A stretch of DNA of 64,000 nt, from NCBI GenBank assembly GCA_965153285.1, contig OZ229118.1; one strand, given 5' to 3'. The notes under the pieces are model-generated. The model was given only the letters and a program-made list of their open reading frames with translations, made no database searches and was not told the origin of the DNA. Shown piece after piece: positions 13,139 through 26,594 of this stretch (positions within the stretch are counted from its first letter, which is position 1; every line of letters starts with the position of its first letter). This stretch comes from Podarcis tiliguerta (taxonomy: Eukaryota). A program made the position numbers and the translations under genes.

Positions 13139-14263
13139 GTAAATTCCCATGTGTGTGCGCGTACGCATGCACTGCTTACCTAGGGGGGAACATTGCTCCA
13201 CTGCCCTCCTCTGGTGCTGTCTATGTCAGTTGTTGTCTAGTCTATCACTTAAGATTTCGCACAGTCATATTAGTTTTTCACCTTTTAAATCCTGGTTTCA
13301 GTTTTAAATGATGAACTACACTTTTATGAGATTTTTGTAGAAAACCTATTTATTTTTATATGTTATATGCAACTAAATTATGCTCAGAATAGACCCATGA
13401 AAATTGTTGGATTAAGTTCTTCAATTCAACAGATTTTGATGGGTCTGCCATGGGTATGACTTGGCCAAATACAACCCTCATATGCTTCCCTCTAATACTT
13501 TCTTCCGGTAATGTCTCAACGTTCAACTCAACTTATTTTGTCTTTCCATAAGCTACTGTGGCTGGTTTTCTTAGCAAGAATAAAATATGAATCTGTATGC
13601 TTAAATCACAAAACAGAAATATTCTGAATTTTTACAAATTGTAATTTTACAAGCTTTAAGAAACAAATACATGAATAAAATGCTAATAGAAATATACTGG
13701 TAAAACATGAGAAAGTAATAAAGTTACTATTTTAGGTTCAGGTTCATCGGACATGTTGCTCAGAGTTTGCATCTTTTTTCAATTTGAATATTTTGCATCG
13801 TTCAAAGCTTCATTTCTAAGGGTTTTTACAGCTTTAATAAGTTCCATATGTATCCTTTAACTTCTTTCTGTAGACGTTACCTAATGTGTTTTTAGAACTC
13901 ATCCTGCCTCAAAAGAGTTGAATATGTTTTGCCTGTATATCAATTAACAAATCTGCTAAAAGCATTTTAAAATGCAAAACCAGTTGCTAAAGGAAACTGC
14001 TGCTCATTACAGCACATGACCAAGTTTTCTGCAGCAATAAAAGGAAATGACATCTTTTGCGGAGGGGGGGGGGACCATGAGAACTACAGAACGTGATTCA
14101 AATGTCAGAGTGAGACTGAAATGTGAATTTAACTGAAAAATACTATGATAAATGTGTATAAGCCTGGGTGTTTTCATTTTTTTATATATTTAGCAGTTTG
14201 TTTGTTTTTGTTTTCCACTATTTAACCTGTTTATTGATGTCTCTTTCTCTCTCTCTTTTCCAG

Positions 14264-14336
14264 ACTGTAACTGAGAAACACAAGCTCAATGTACCTGAAA
14301 CTATGACTGAAGTCTTGGATGTGTCTGATGAGGAAG
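14264..14336 (+). CDS. ANK2: ANK2 exon, linker, 73 nt
   Basis: ttccag|ACTGTA...GAGGAAG|gtgagc; [24 protein letters not shown](G). Confidence 0.94.
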
Positions 14337-14562
14337 GTGAGCTGTCCACAAACCACATGAGCCAGACTGGTTATAATATATACTGAACTCTGGATTTAAG
14401 AAACTATCACATTACTTAAAGTGGCTAATTCAAAATATTGAAAAAAACACACCATAATCTAAAAAAAAAAATTGTACAAATGCTTATTTATTTATTTATT
14501 TATTAAAAAGATAAGTTAGCATCAAATATAAGAGACATTAAAGATTTGTGATTAGATGAAGG

Positions 14563-14740
14563 TGGGCCGTAGCTAAGTGATAATGTATGTGGTTTGATTG
14601 CAAAAGGTTCCAGGTTCAGTCCTTGGCATCTTCAGGTAGAATTAGGAAACAGTCCTGTGGAAAACATTGAGGAGTCTTCGCCAGTCCATGTGGATCATAC
14701 TGAGTTAGATGGACCAATGGTCTGGCAGCTTCTTATGATC
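14563..14740 (+). mobile_element. tRNA-derived squamate SINE (Squam3-like)
   Basis: A-box-like gtagctaagtg, B-box caggttcagtcc, body ...atactgagttagatggaccaatggtctg...gcagcttcttatg. Confidence 0.7.
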
Positions 14741-15210
14741 TCATTTCTTAGGAGGTCTCAGTTTAGCCCTCCCTACCATCTTGCAGCTGCTGTTTGCCCT
14801 GTTAGGATAAGCATACGTGTACCTGTATATTTTCTCCATTGGAGCAAATAGCTGGGTGAGCAGGGTACATTATTTGTATTTGGAAAATGCCAGAGGTGAA
14901 AGGGCTACTCATCAAATGGCTGCTTTTAAAGAGAAATTTGAAGGTAGGAGGATCAGATCATGAATCTCCCGTGATTCATCCAGTGTTGGCCTCTAGACTG
15001 ATGTACCATGTGAAGAATTACTTTTATTTTCTCTAATCCTCCTCCTGTTGTTCAGTATATATACCGCTCCCTCACCCCCTCCATGTTTATTTTAAATAAT
15101 TTTGGTTTTCTCTTGGTTGCAAGGTAATGACATTTCTTCCCAGTCTACCATATGCCATTAGTTGCTCCCTTTTGACCCTGTTCCTGAAATTTAACTTATG
15201 TGTTATGCAG

Positions 15211-15267
15211 CTTTTAAACACTCTGACTATGATCATTTCACTGATGAGGATGCCTTTAGTGATGCAG
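15211..15267 (+). CDS. ANK2: Candidate ANK2 cassette exon, linker, 57 nt
   Basis: atgcag|CTTTTA...GATGCAG|gtacag; frame-preserving and open in phase 1: (A)FKHSDYDHFTDEDAFSDA(G); acidic like the flanking linker. Confidence 0.65.
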
Positions 15268-16454
15268 GTACAGTGTTAAGAGTTCTTAGAGTGAGGCACA
15301 AAACTGTTTTTATTTTATTGTTTAATTGTTTACTGTCCCACCTCTTTTCTGAAACTTAGACATGCGTTTATGGAATGCCTAACTCTGATCTATGCCAGTG
15401 AATTTGTGTGTGGGTCTTTGCATGATTTCAGTTTTGCCCACCCTGGCCCCTAAAACGGAGCCTTAATTTTGTAGCTGGCTCTCTGGATAGTTAGTTCTGC
15501 CTTTTAAGAATGTTTAAGACCTAGTTCATGTTCTACGAATTCAGATTTAAATAAAGTATATTGGAACGATAAAATTACCTTCTGTGATCTTACTATTTAG
15601 TTGCTAGTTTTGTATGGTTGTATTGTTGTAAGTTAACTATTGTGCCCTCCTAGGGCATTAGGATTCATTAACAGGGAGGCCACTGATAAATATTAAGAAA
15701 CAATGATGGTGATTTTTCTTCACTGTGTGACGTTCTTCAAGATGGCTTCCTCTTTAGAAGAAAATGTCAAGTTCTTATTTGAAATCATGTTATGCCGGGT
15801 AGAATGCAGTTTTGATAGAATACTAAAAGTTTCAGATTCATGTTAAGAAAGAATGCTCTACCCCACCCCAAAATGTATTTCAATAACCCAATATATTTGT
15901 TCAAGGCCTTGAAAATTCTTCTTAGAGGAAAATTAAGGATTTTTGCAGAGTTTAACTAGGTAGTCTCTGTATTGGCATATGGCCACCTACCAGGTTGTTC
16001 AAAAAAGCGATGAATATAGTGAAATATGATGAATATGTAGCTCCTGCAGAAAGGCTTCTTTAATGTAGTGGATGCTTTACCTGCCATTACCACTGAAACA
16101 GGTTTCTAAGGATTCCAGCAAAATGCCCCAGTGTTTGCCTTTATTTCAGGAGGGGGGTGTTCTTCCTGTATTCCTCCCCCCATCAGATGATTGCAAGAAT
16201 ACGGTTTTTGTATGCTGCTGCTCTCACGACTCAGCAGGGACAGATGTTCAGTATTTCCATTTTAGCAGTTCAGTTGCCGACAGTTGCATTAGAGCCTCTG
16301 GGAGCTGTGTGTGGCTGACATAATGTGATGCCCATCTGTAATCACTTAACTGACAATTATTTGGGTCTAGACAGCATGGCTGGTCAAAGCGGCAATATAA
16401 TACCCTGAAGTAGCTATGGTTACAAAGATTTGCACAAAGAATAACACGCCAAAC

Positions 16455-16592
16455 CAGGGATGGCAAACCTGTGACCCTCCAGGTGTTGTTGAACTACATC
16501 TCCCATCATCCCTGACCATTGGCCATGATGACTGGGGCTGATGGGAGTTGGAGCCCAAGAATGTCCAGAGGGTCACAGGCTCCCCTTCCCTG
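16455..16592. mobile_element. Palindromic hAT-type MITE, 138 bp
   Basis: CAGGGATGGCAAACCTGTGACCCTC...GAGGGTCACAGGCTCCCCTTCCCTG inverted ends plus an inner ctcccatca/tgatgggag palindrome. Confidence 0.8.
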
Positions 16593-17294
16593 TTATAAAT
16601 CCCTGACGTGATTTAAGTTTAAGTGCAGAGTACCTGGAGAGAGGAGGATACAAGAGAATGGATTCCTTTAAAAGAGGAATACACCCCCCGGTTTCTGATC
16701 TGCTTTTCCATGTGAGCATCATCAGAACAGATACGTCTTCACTCTTTCTCATGGTAACTGTGTTTACTATAGAGAGAGTGTCTGGTTCATTGGTTCGGTG
16801 CAATACTGTTAGCTCAGCAGTCATTACTAGATGCTGCTGCTTCAAGGTGAATAATGTGTAATCATAGGGTTTGACTCGGATTCATTCATGTTTGGAATGG
16901 ACAGACTTAAGACAAATTTCACTGGGTCTGCTCTACGCATGACTAAATCTGGATCCAATGCACCATTGCCTCATAATGAATGTGAACCATTTTCTGTTAT
17001 GGTTGGAATATTTAATGTAACACTTTTTATTATTATTTTGAAAGTAATCTCAAAGTCAGTTTTGCCTTGGTGCCTTACAAAGTTTGAATTAAGACCCAGA
17101 ACTTACGCTTGCTTGGATCCAAACATCTTCACAGTTCATAAAAGGCCTGTTTCTGTCTTAGTGGAAGATCACTGCAAAAGAAAAATGCTCCCCACCACAG
17201 GCCCAGAGAAGCTCTTCCATTTGCACAAGCTCTCCCCCCTCCCTCTTTATATATACATATATTCCCCACCAGATTTTATATATGCTGTTTCTTC

Positions 17295-17458
17295 CTTGCT
17301 TTGCATGCAGAAGGTCCCAGGTGCAGTCATTGTCACCTCCATTTAAGAGGATCAGGTAGGAGCTGATGGGAAAGACCTCTGCCGCCAGTATGAGTAGACA
17401 ATACTGAACTAAATGGGCAAATAGCCTGATCCAAACATTAGGCAGCTTTCTCTGTTCA
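17295..17458 (+). mobile_element. Squam3-like SINE, degenerate
   Basis: gctttgcatgcagaaggtcccagg...gtagacaatactgaactaaatgg...ggcagctttctctgttc; similar to the copy at 14563. Confidence 0.65.
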
Positions 17459-17996
17459 CATCTGATACTTAATTGAGCTTTTCTGAAAATGAGAGTATAG
17501 TGCCAATATAAACTCTCTGCTGGCTAGAATATATATTTCTGTTTCTTTTCTACATTCTGTCCCACATTAATGACATTCTCATATGGCACATAATAGTGCA
17601 ATAGGGGCTCAAAGTCAAATTTTAATGTCTCATGTGGAAGCAGTTTCTGTCAGAGGCCAGCTGTGTCCAAGAAACTAAGTGGAAAAAAGGAACAAAAGTA
17701 AAATTAGTTCAGCCAACAGTATGTATAATGGCAAAGGACAAAAGACTGATTCAATGTGAGGTGTTGTTGATGTTTTTTTAAAAACTTACACTGATATCAT
17801 CCCACTTAATCTGCCAGTGTTTTCTTAGTGTGTATTAACAGCTTGTGCTTGCTGTGCTTCAAGAATGAGGATAATGTTCCCTGTTTTGTTTGTTTGTGTT
17901 TGAGGTGATCTACCTAATATGTGACCATACTTTTCCAGTGCTGTAGGGCTTCATTAGTTTATTGATCTTGTGAATTTGTATGTGTTTTGGCTCAAG

Positions 17997-18141
17997 GTGA
18001 CGACACTATGACAGGAGATGGGGGAGAATATCTTAGACCGGAAGATCTGAAAGAATTAGGCGACGATTCCTTACCCAGCAGCCAGTTCTTAGATGGTATG
18101 AACTACCTGAGGTACAGCCTGGAAGGAGGCCGATCTGACAG
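17997..18141 (+). CDS. ANK2: ANK2 exon, linker (autoinhibitory segment region), 145 nt
   Basis: ctcaag|GTGACG...GACAG|gtacta; [47 protein letters not shown](S). Confidence 0.94.
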
Positions 18142-18293
18142 GTACTACTACACCAAGAATATTATATTTTTCTAACACATCCATAGTATTTTTGCTGAAT
18201 AAACTCCCAGTACAGTATATGGATCAATTTTAGGACACTTTCAAGGCCCAGAGGCTTGGTGGGCATAGAGAATGCCTGCCTTGTAGATTCACA

Positions 18294-18327
18294 GAAGAAT
18301 ATTTACTGAGGAAGAATATTTACTGAG
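18294..18327. repeat. 17-bp perfect tandem duplication
   Basis: GAAGAATATTTACTGAG x2. Confidence 0.9.
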
Positions 18328-18624
18328 GGAGAACTGGCTCGAAATGTGTACATAAAGCTCCCCCCTCAGATTTCAGCCAAATACCCTAATCACAGCTCAC
18401 ATGAAAATGAAAAGGTACAGAGATGTTCCATCTGAATATTAAAAGCACTAAACATATGATATTGTTAGCTTAAATATATGGATCTTCATTGCAGTAAAGA
18501 AAGGCTATGCAATGCAGTGGTTATGCCATTGCTTTCTGCTATGGGAAATGTACTTTCTTCTATCTATTAGCCAGCCCAGGCTTATGGAACTGACTTATTT
18601 TAAGAAGCTCAGCTTTAGATCCTC

Positions 18625-18664
18625 TGGTTTTTCTTTCACAATCATGGTTTTTCTTTCACAATCA
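18625..18664. repeat. 20-bp perfect tandem duplication
   Basis: TGGTTTTTCTTTCACAATCA x2. Confidence 0.9.
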
Positions 18665-21520
18665 TGTTCCATGTTTATTATTTCTCTCTCCCCTCTTTGT
18701 ATGCTTTCATTAGCACTGTGCCCAGGTAGGTATTATACAGCATGAAAATGATGTTCTCTTCAGTGCTCCCTTGTGGCATCTGTCATTAAATACCCGCATC
18801 CATGCTGTAGATGTGCTGGAGGATTTTGAAGGTTTTGTTTATTACAGTTGGTCAGTTTTGAAGGAACAACTAAAATACCATTGTGGTTGCAATTAACGAT
18901 GATCTCAACCAAAATCTTAACTCATTATTTTGCGGCATGTGCAATGCTGCCAGCTGAAGGCAGGCTTAAAAAACAACCAAGACACATACTGATTTCAGAA
19001 AGATAACAACGTTAACATGCTGCCCATTTTCAATTATATATAGCTATTACAATAGATAGAAAGAACTGTTTGTACCTGACTTTGCTCAATAAGACTTACA
19101 AGAAGAAAACCAGTCTCTGACAAGTATGAGTAAATGCTCTGGAGATCCTAGTCTCACTGCTCCTGGGTCCTTTTATGTGAGATTCTATGAATCACTAACT
19201 CAATGTTAGAAAGTACAAAAGGTGTCGGGAGAAGAAAAGATAAATAATTGGTGTGGCTGAGGATAGCATGAAATTAATGGATAGCACCTGTTTATGATCA
19301 ACAACTTTGAGTTTCTTTTTGTTAGGTCACCTTTACTTAAGATACCTCAATAGCATATCTGAAATAAATTACATTTTGCTTTTCATAGACAAGAGTATGT
19401 TGCTATCTGCCTGAAAATGTTAATGGGGTATTTTGACCCCTGATTTATCACTAATTTCTGTTTACTTTGTACAGCCATCAATGGCTAAAGTCCATATTTT
19501 GCATGAATGGGGTATATGCATAACCAAGTCCCATGATCCAAATAGGAACCTGAATGAATTGCAATTGTTGTGGTTTGCAACCACCAGAGAAAAACCAAGT
19601 AACATCTTCAAAGGCCTGTAGCAATGTCAGCCTTACATATGTCTGGTTGATTGGATGATGTTAACTATTGTAACGTTCGATTAACAAAGCATCATTTTGG
19701 GTCCTTTGCCAACCTTGCATGGTGGTGCTCCAGATGCTTCAATAATTTATAAAGAATGGGGTTTGCTACTGAAGTTTTTTTTTTTTTAAGAAAGGATAAA
19801 ATAGAATGAAGGCCAAGCAATTTTTCTGAGGACCAAGTTTTCGTGGCCAAAGCAGACGTGATATTATCCACATATTTAACACTTACATTGCTTTTTAAAG
19901 GAACAATTCTATTTGTTTTTTAATATAAAACTCACCCCACAACTTGACTTAGCTCAACTTCCTTCAGTTAAAAATGATACACGCGTAACAGTTATGCTAT
20001 TGTCACTTCCAAGGTTTATTAAAAAATGCAAGGTTGCTATTACCAACCTTTGCAAATTTGGGGACTAACTCCCTTTTAGCACAGAGGCACATGTGTTGTA
20101 AGCATGTTTAGGATTGCATTCCATATCATACCTCAGCAGTTAAAATGTGACTAGAAGATAATCATACAGTTTTAGAGCTGAAATGTCCTGATGACATTGA
20201 ATTGGGTCCTAAGTTGCTTCTCTCTCCACTTATGGGAGGGAGGGACCAACTGTTTTCTCCATCAGCAGCCCTTTGCACTATAGCCTATGCCATTCCCCAA
20301 AATTCCCCAAGCACTAAAACCCTCTTCTGTGAACTCTGTTCTGCTCATGGGAGGAAAGCTAGGGTCCCTGGAAAGCCATTGCTTGAAATCAATCAATCGG
20401 CTGAAATCAGTTCAGTTCAGTTTAATCCAATCAAAACTGACAGGATTTCTGTACATGTCATTGCATGCAGAATTGCAACTGCAGATCACAATATAAGAAC
20501 TATTAAGAACATATCAAATATAATCTTTATATATATAGTAAGCTACATATACTTATGTACTAATGATGGGAAATATTTTTTTCCATTATTTACAAGTTTA
20601 ATATCCATTAATAGTTAACACTGAGGTAGTAAAATGTGCTGTGTAAATAAATGTTGCTACTCAACTGTTTCTTCAATCTTAATTCATTCCTAACATTATT
20701 ATGTTACTAGGCAACTGGAAACATATTAAGTATTGCGCACAAAACACAAATATATGAACTATAGCTTGGTAATAGTTTCAGTGATTTAAGCTTCTTAATC
20801 AATATTTGAGTTACATAATTATAGCCGAAACTCCATGTAGCTTAGTATGTTTGCATTTTGATATTTGAGGCGATAGCAGTTAGTTCAATTAAGCCATTAG
20901 TTGATGTACAAAAGTAGCTTATTTTGCTTTGCATCTATCATTGCTACTGCAAATGATTTTATATGTTGTGCATATAAAGGTGACGTAAAGGTGACAGTGT
21001 TTTGTTTTGTTTTTGCTTGTTTATAAATTCTGCTGGTATATAAAGGCAGAATTGTGCACTATGAAAAGAGCATATGGCTGGCTACCTTCTGTGTACCTTC
21101 CAGGGGACTAAGTAGCACACCGTTGCTTGTCAGAGGAACTTACTTCATTTTTTTTCCTTCCTGAAGAATTCCCTTAAAATTATGAGTGATATATATATTT
21201 CAACAGTACAAAGAACGATGGAATGGGTTGCTTGTTACTTTTAAGTATAAGGGGAACCATTCAGCCACAGGGTCACTACTTCAAACTATTTCCATACTGT
21301 AGATTGAACAGAATGGGATTCTGTTGGATTCCAATGGTTTTGAGAAAAGAAAAAGAAAGTTGGGGGGGGGGAGTGGAGGGTTTTATTGGAGTGCTTAAAT
21401 CATCCCCCTGGAAGTTGCACTCTATTTGCTAATAGCATGCTTTCTTCACTCCTTTGCTCTGCCCACAATCCCATCTTCACAACACCATCTCAACTGCTGA
21501 TAATGTTGCCAACCTACCAG

Positions 21521-21623
21521 CCTACGATCCTTCAGTTCAGACAGGTCCCATACTCTGAGCCATGCCTCCTACTTGAGAGACAGCGCCATGATTGATGACA
21601 CGGTTGTTATCCCCAGCCACCAG
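21521..21623 (+). CDS. ANK2: ANK2 exon, linker, 103 nt
   Basis: taccag|CCTACG...CACCAG|gtgaga; [34 protein letters not shown]. Confidence 0.93.
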
Positions 21624-22762
21624 GTGAGATGTTATGGTAGCTTTGCAAACCTCTCAAACTGGTAACTTTAATGTTGCCATTCTTAATTGTCTTTTATGCA
21701 TTGTCACTGTTTGGGTGAACTGTCAACTGCTCTGTGTTTCTTGGGTCTTGCCTGATTTTATAATGTTGTCTAGCTGAATAATTTCCCTCTGTATCATTCA
21801 CAATACTGTTTTATGGCTGTCAGCAAAAAGAAAGTAGCATGAAAGGAATGCTTAAATACATCAACAGCAAAGTTTCACCCAATTCTTGGCAGATTTATTT
21901 CGTCAGCTGCTTAGGTTTTCCAAATGAGGACAGAGATTATTTTCCACTTAGTATAAAGCAGATAACTGCTTCATAAGACACAATATTTGCAAGTGCATTC
22001 TCTGTATAGCTGTGGGTTTTTTTGGGGGGGGGGTATCAGTGTCCTTTGCAATCACATTTGTCCCAATTGAGGTATATACACTGTTCTGTCTAAAGGGAGT
22101 AATGACTATAAGTCTTGTATATCCAGGTTCTATAATTTTCTGACTGAAATTAACTGACAGAGGAAATAGTACTGGCACAAGAAACATTAGGACATGGTGA
22201 GGCAAATCTAGGTTGTTTTGATTTCCCCCAAAATTAATAAATGGTAAAAAATGTAGTTCAAATATTTACATATTGCTTTTTTGTTCTCATATTTGGACAA
22301 TTTGAGCATGTTCCACCATTTCAGCAATTGATATTGTTTTCTGTAGCCACTTTTTAGTGGTAGAAGCTACAGGGGTGTATCCAGTTAAGGCATACTCGGC
22401 ATAGACCCATTTAAATCTATGGACTCAAGTTATGTTAGTTGATATCACTGAGTTTACTCTGACTATAACTTAGTTGGATGACGATCCTTTGGTCTGGAAT
22501 CATTTAGGAGCAATTAAATGTTTTGCTACCACAGTGGTTCTTCTGGAAGCTTGATATCTAAATAACTCAGAAGTATATTTAGTTGGTCATTAATTAAATT
22601 ACACACATGACCTTTTACACTTTCATTTTAAATTTTATAGCTTTTTGTGAACCAACTCCATCAGAGGCATAAAAAACATTGGTTTGGGTTGGTTCAGTGT
22701 TGTAAATAAAGAGAAGAGCAAAGGTACAAAGACAGAAAAGTTAAATTTATTTGCATTTCAAG

Positions 22763-22866
22763 GTATCCACATTGGCCAAAGAAGGTGAGAGAAATTCATA
22801 TCGTTTAAGCTGGAGCCCTGACAACCTGGACAATGTCACTCTTTCTGCTAGCCCCGTTCATTCTGG
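22763..22866 (+). CDS. ANK2: ANK2 exon, linker, 104 nt
   Basis: ttcaag|GTATCC...TCTGG|gtaagt; [34 protein letters not shown](G). Confidence 0.93.
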
Positions 22867-25800
22867 GTAAGTAATACACAACAGAAGACAAAGGAAGATA
22901 ATAATTAGAATCTCGTCAGCTTGAACTAATGCTTATTTTGGATGCGCATTTTCCTGTGTTATTGTTTCAATGCAAAAGTTCTAACCATTCAGATTAAAGG
23001 ACTCAATTACACTTCATATTGAGGCCATTTTGTAGCATTACAACTCCACACCCCAAAGAATTTGTGACCTCAACAGCCAATGAAAAATATTTTTTTGCAG
23101 ATCCCAACGAATTTCTTTGAAGCAATGGCAGTTAAACTTGTTTGAAACAAATACACATTGGTAATGTGGACATGCCCTAAGCCAGACCTAAAGCTCTTGA
23201 ATATAATGTTGAATCCTGAAATCATTGGGAGTCCAGATTTCAGCAGGTTAAGGCTCAGATCTTGTACGACCATTTTCTATTGAAGATATTACCACTTGAA
23301 GCAAATATCAGCGGCGCTTTCTTGTGGGGCTTTGGGGCAGAAGTCAAGGGCCTCACTCAGCATAATTGACGGGAGGACTCTCAGACTCAACAGTGATGGC
23401 TTACTACATTTCAAAATAAGAGGAGAATATACATTACATCTAAAGTGTAAAGTGTAAAGTCCACAAAATACTCAGTTGAGCCACTGAATGTCAGTACCTT
23501 TGGAAAGGTGCAGTTTTATACTAGCTAGTATCTGGCATCCAGTTTTACAGTTTCTTATACTTGTAATAATGGATAAAATTGACAATCACAGTTCTTAGCT
23601 GCTTTCAGGAGGCCTTCATCAGTATAGAGGGGAAGGCTTCAAGAGACAATGAACCATAAAAATTCCATTCAGTCATGTATAAGCTGCTTTTGATTAAACA
23701 GGGCAGTGAGAGTACACAGCTGACTCCACCCCCAATGTCTTGCACATCACTGGCCATGTGCATACCAAGAGCCTATGCATGAGTAAATGCCCACACGTAT
23801 GTTTCCACATGATTGGAACTCCTGTATCACCTAGATGTGAAGAACAATTGACTAGAGCTAGAATCTGTAGGACATGGAAGATGTCAAGAGAGAAGGGATA
23901 CCAGCACCACACCCATTTAAGCAATCTGGCAAATATAATGTTCTTAATAACATAGTTTCATTATCAATTATCTTAATTTGATGTGATGGTACTTTGAAGA
24001 GCTGGGTCTTTCATTATTATACCTTAGATGACAAAATACAATTTGATAGTGTCAAATTTTGAACAGGATTATATATATCAACAGTTTAGATGCATTTAGA
24101 AAGAGTGGCAAGAGGAAGAAAAAGACTGGAATGAACAGATGGTCTTTATATCAGAACTGATGTATACTGGCACCCATATTTTTTTCCAGCTGTGTGCTTG
24201 GTAAAATGATGGCACAATATCAGCTAGATTATATTTTTTAAAAACTTGGCAGCAAAAAATAAATGCAATAGGCGAAAATACATGGAGTTCAATTAAGTTT
24301 ACTCTGTGAATAAGTATCAGCATATGATGGATTTCGTTTTCAGAGCTTCTCTGTGTAACTATCTCAGTGCACAGAGAATGTGTGTGTGTGTGCCTGCAGA
24401 AAATGCATTCATTTATTCCACAAAGGAAGGGAAGGCAGGTATAAATTGGCTACTTCTAATGAAATGGAGAAGCTCTGAAGTTCATGCCTGAAACAGAGCA
24501 CTAGACTAAAGGGGAAGGCCTTAAAGCTTGTTTAGAAAACATATCTTCATGTAATCAATTTGTGAAGGATGGATTGGGATCTCACCTGCTACCTCTGACT
24601 CCCAGTAGCCACGCATTGATTGTGTTATCTACACAGAGCCTATGGGTGTACAACCTGTTCATGCATAGGCTTTGCCCACACAATCTGTATCTCCTCAACA
24701 CACTTCTACAGGGAAACATCTGAATGGTCCGCTATATTGTACAGATTAAATTGAACTATATTGGTTGGGTAAGTCTCCTTTGTCAGTACGGGCTGGACTG
24801 CATGGTAGGTTGTTTTTTATCCTGTTTGATTATTATTATGAGTGTTCACACAGATAATCTAAGGTTTTTGTTCTCCATTATTCTAATGGCCAATACCAAT
24901 TAGTGAATAATATTTCTGAAAGATGTTCAATTGTGAAACTCAGGATATTGTAATTCCCATGATAATTTTCCAAATTTATCTCATTTTTTATGGAGGCGGG
25001 AGGATTATGGAGGGAATGTAGCACTGGTGCATAAAATTGATAAATAATTAGAGTTATCATTCTTAGCTGCCTGTCTTCAAAAAAGGAGATTGGATCACTG
25101 CTAACAAGGTAACTGATTTATTTATTTTTAACCCAGTATGGTATTCTCACAAACAGCAGTGGAAACAGGACCTAGCAGCTGGAAGCTCTTTAAATAAAAA
25201 TAAAATTACATATAAGCTTTTAAAGTATTTCTAAACCAAATAGTATTTCTATGCTGTTTCTTTAATAAAGTATTTCTAAACTTCCTACAATAAAGTTTTT
25301 TATTTTTTTAAAAAAAGCTTCTTATGAACAGCAGTTTCATATCCTTGAAAATAACAAGATGCAATTTCCCCTCATAATCATGGACAAGGGAACTATGGCA
25401 ATGAATGCATCAATTTTGAAGCAGATAGGATAAGAAACTGGAAACAAGGAACATAAGTCAGAAAAATAAACAAAAATGAACCCTAATATGAACATGTGAA
25501 CAACTTGAAAAAATAAAGACATATAATTAATGCCAAATGTGTTAATCTGGAAATCAGAATGGAAATGGGCCTATATTGGCCAATTCAACGATAATCAACA
25601 GGTTTTTTTTCCCAGGGAGGCAGGAATGAAAAAAGGCAGCTAAGAGTGAAGATGGGTCCATCATAGCAATACATTACTGACATCAATGCTCAATGCATTT
25701 AATGTTAACGATTTCTCAGTAGAATTAAATTTCAATGATATATAACCAAGACTGTAATGCTGTAGTGTTTTCCTGGAATTAAGCCCAACTGAATGCAGTG

Positions 25801-26558
25801 TTGCTTACTTCTGAGTATATATACATAGGATTGTGCAGTGAATTCAGAATTGTGTGGTACTATGCTCAGTGTTAGGAGTTTGACACCCAATTTGGGCTGC
25901 AGCTGTTGTTGGTTTATTTTAGCCCATGGGGGGGGGGAACTTCTCTAGAGAACTCATTTGTCCATTCCAAGTACCTGATGACCGATTAAAACAGGGGTAG
26001 CCAGTGTGTTGCCTTCTCGATATAGTTGAAGTAACTCCCAACCAGCATAGCCAGTGGCTAGTTATAATGGGGATTATAATCTGATAACATTTGGAAGGCA
26101 CCATGTTTGCTACCTTTGGATTAAAGCTTTATAGCCTGCCATATGGAGACCAATGATAAGCTCTTAACTGTATCATATGGAAGATATAACGCTGAAGAGG
26201 CTATTTCCATATGCAGTTGCCCATGAACTAGATGCATTAAAGCACAACTGTTCCCTGCTATTTATACATCTGGCACACAGAGTCTGTACACATATGGAGC
26301 TGCCTGGAACACTGATACAGGCAAGTGTTTCTATGTGGCCTCCATACTTTTGGGAGGTGGAATAAATTTGCAATGAGCAGCAGAGATCAGAGAGGGACAT
26401 CCTGTTTCATTCATCTTTGCACCTATATATATATTCTTTCTGTAATCTGTGTTTACATATTCACTTTACATCTCTCCATTTGTAGGTTAAAACAGCTTCT
26501 CTTCCTCCTTTTATTTCATTTATTCATCCACTCTTTTTTTGTTTTGCTACTGTTGCAG

Positions 26559-26594
26559 CCGCTCATCTCCATGTTTTGACCATGACAACAGCAG
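26559..26594 (+). CDS. ANK2: ANK2 alternative small exon, 36 nt
   Basis: ttgcag|CCGCTC...AGCAG|gtgaac; phase 2-2, RSSPCFDHDNSS, resembling the mammalian optional RASPCLERDNSS peptide before ZU5. Confidence 0.85.

Noticed and set aside
15100-15160. AG|GT site (ttgcaag|gtaatg) as a recursive splice site or extra exon
   Set aside because: AAG acceptor in a short intron; the phase-1 frame stops after 12 codons; no further support.
16888-17346. 152-aa ORF
   Set aside because: Intronic, ends inside a SINE, no recognisable protein features.
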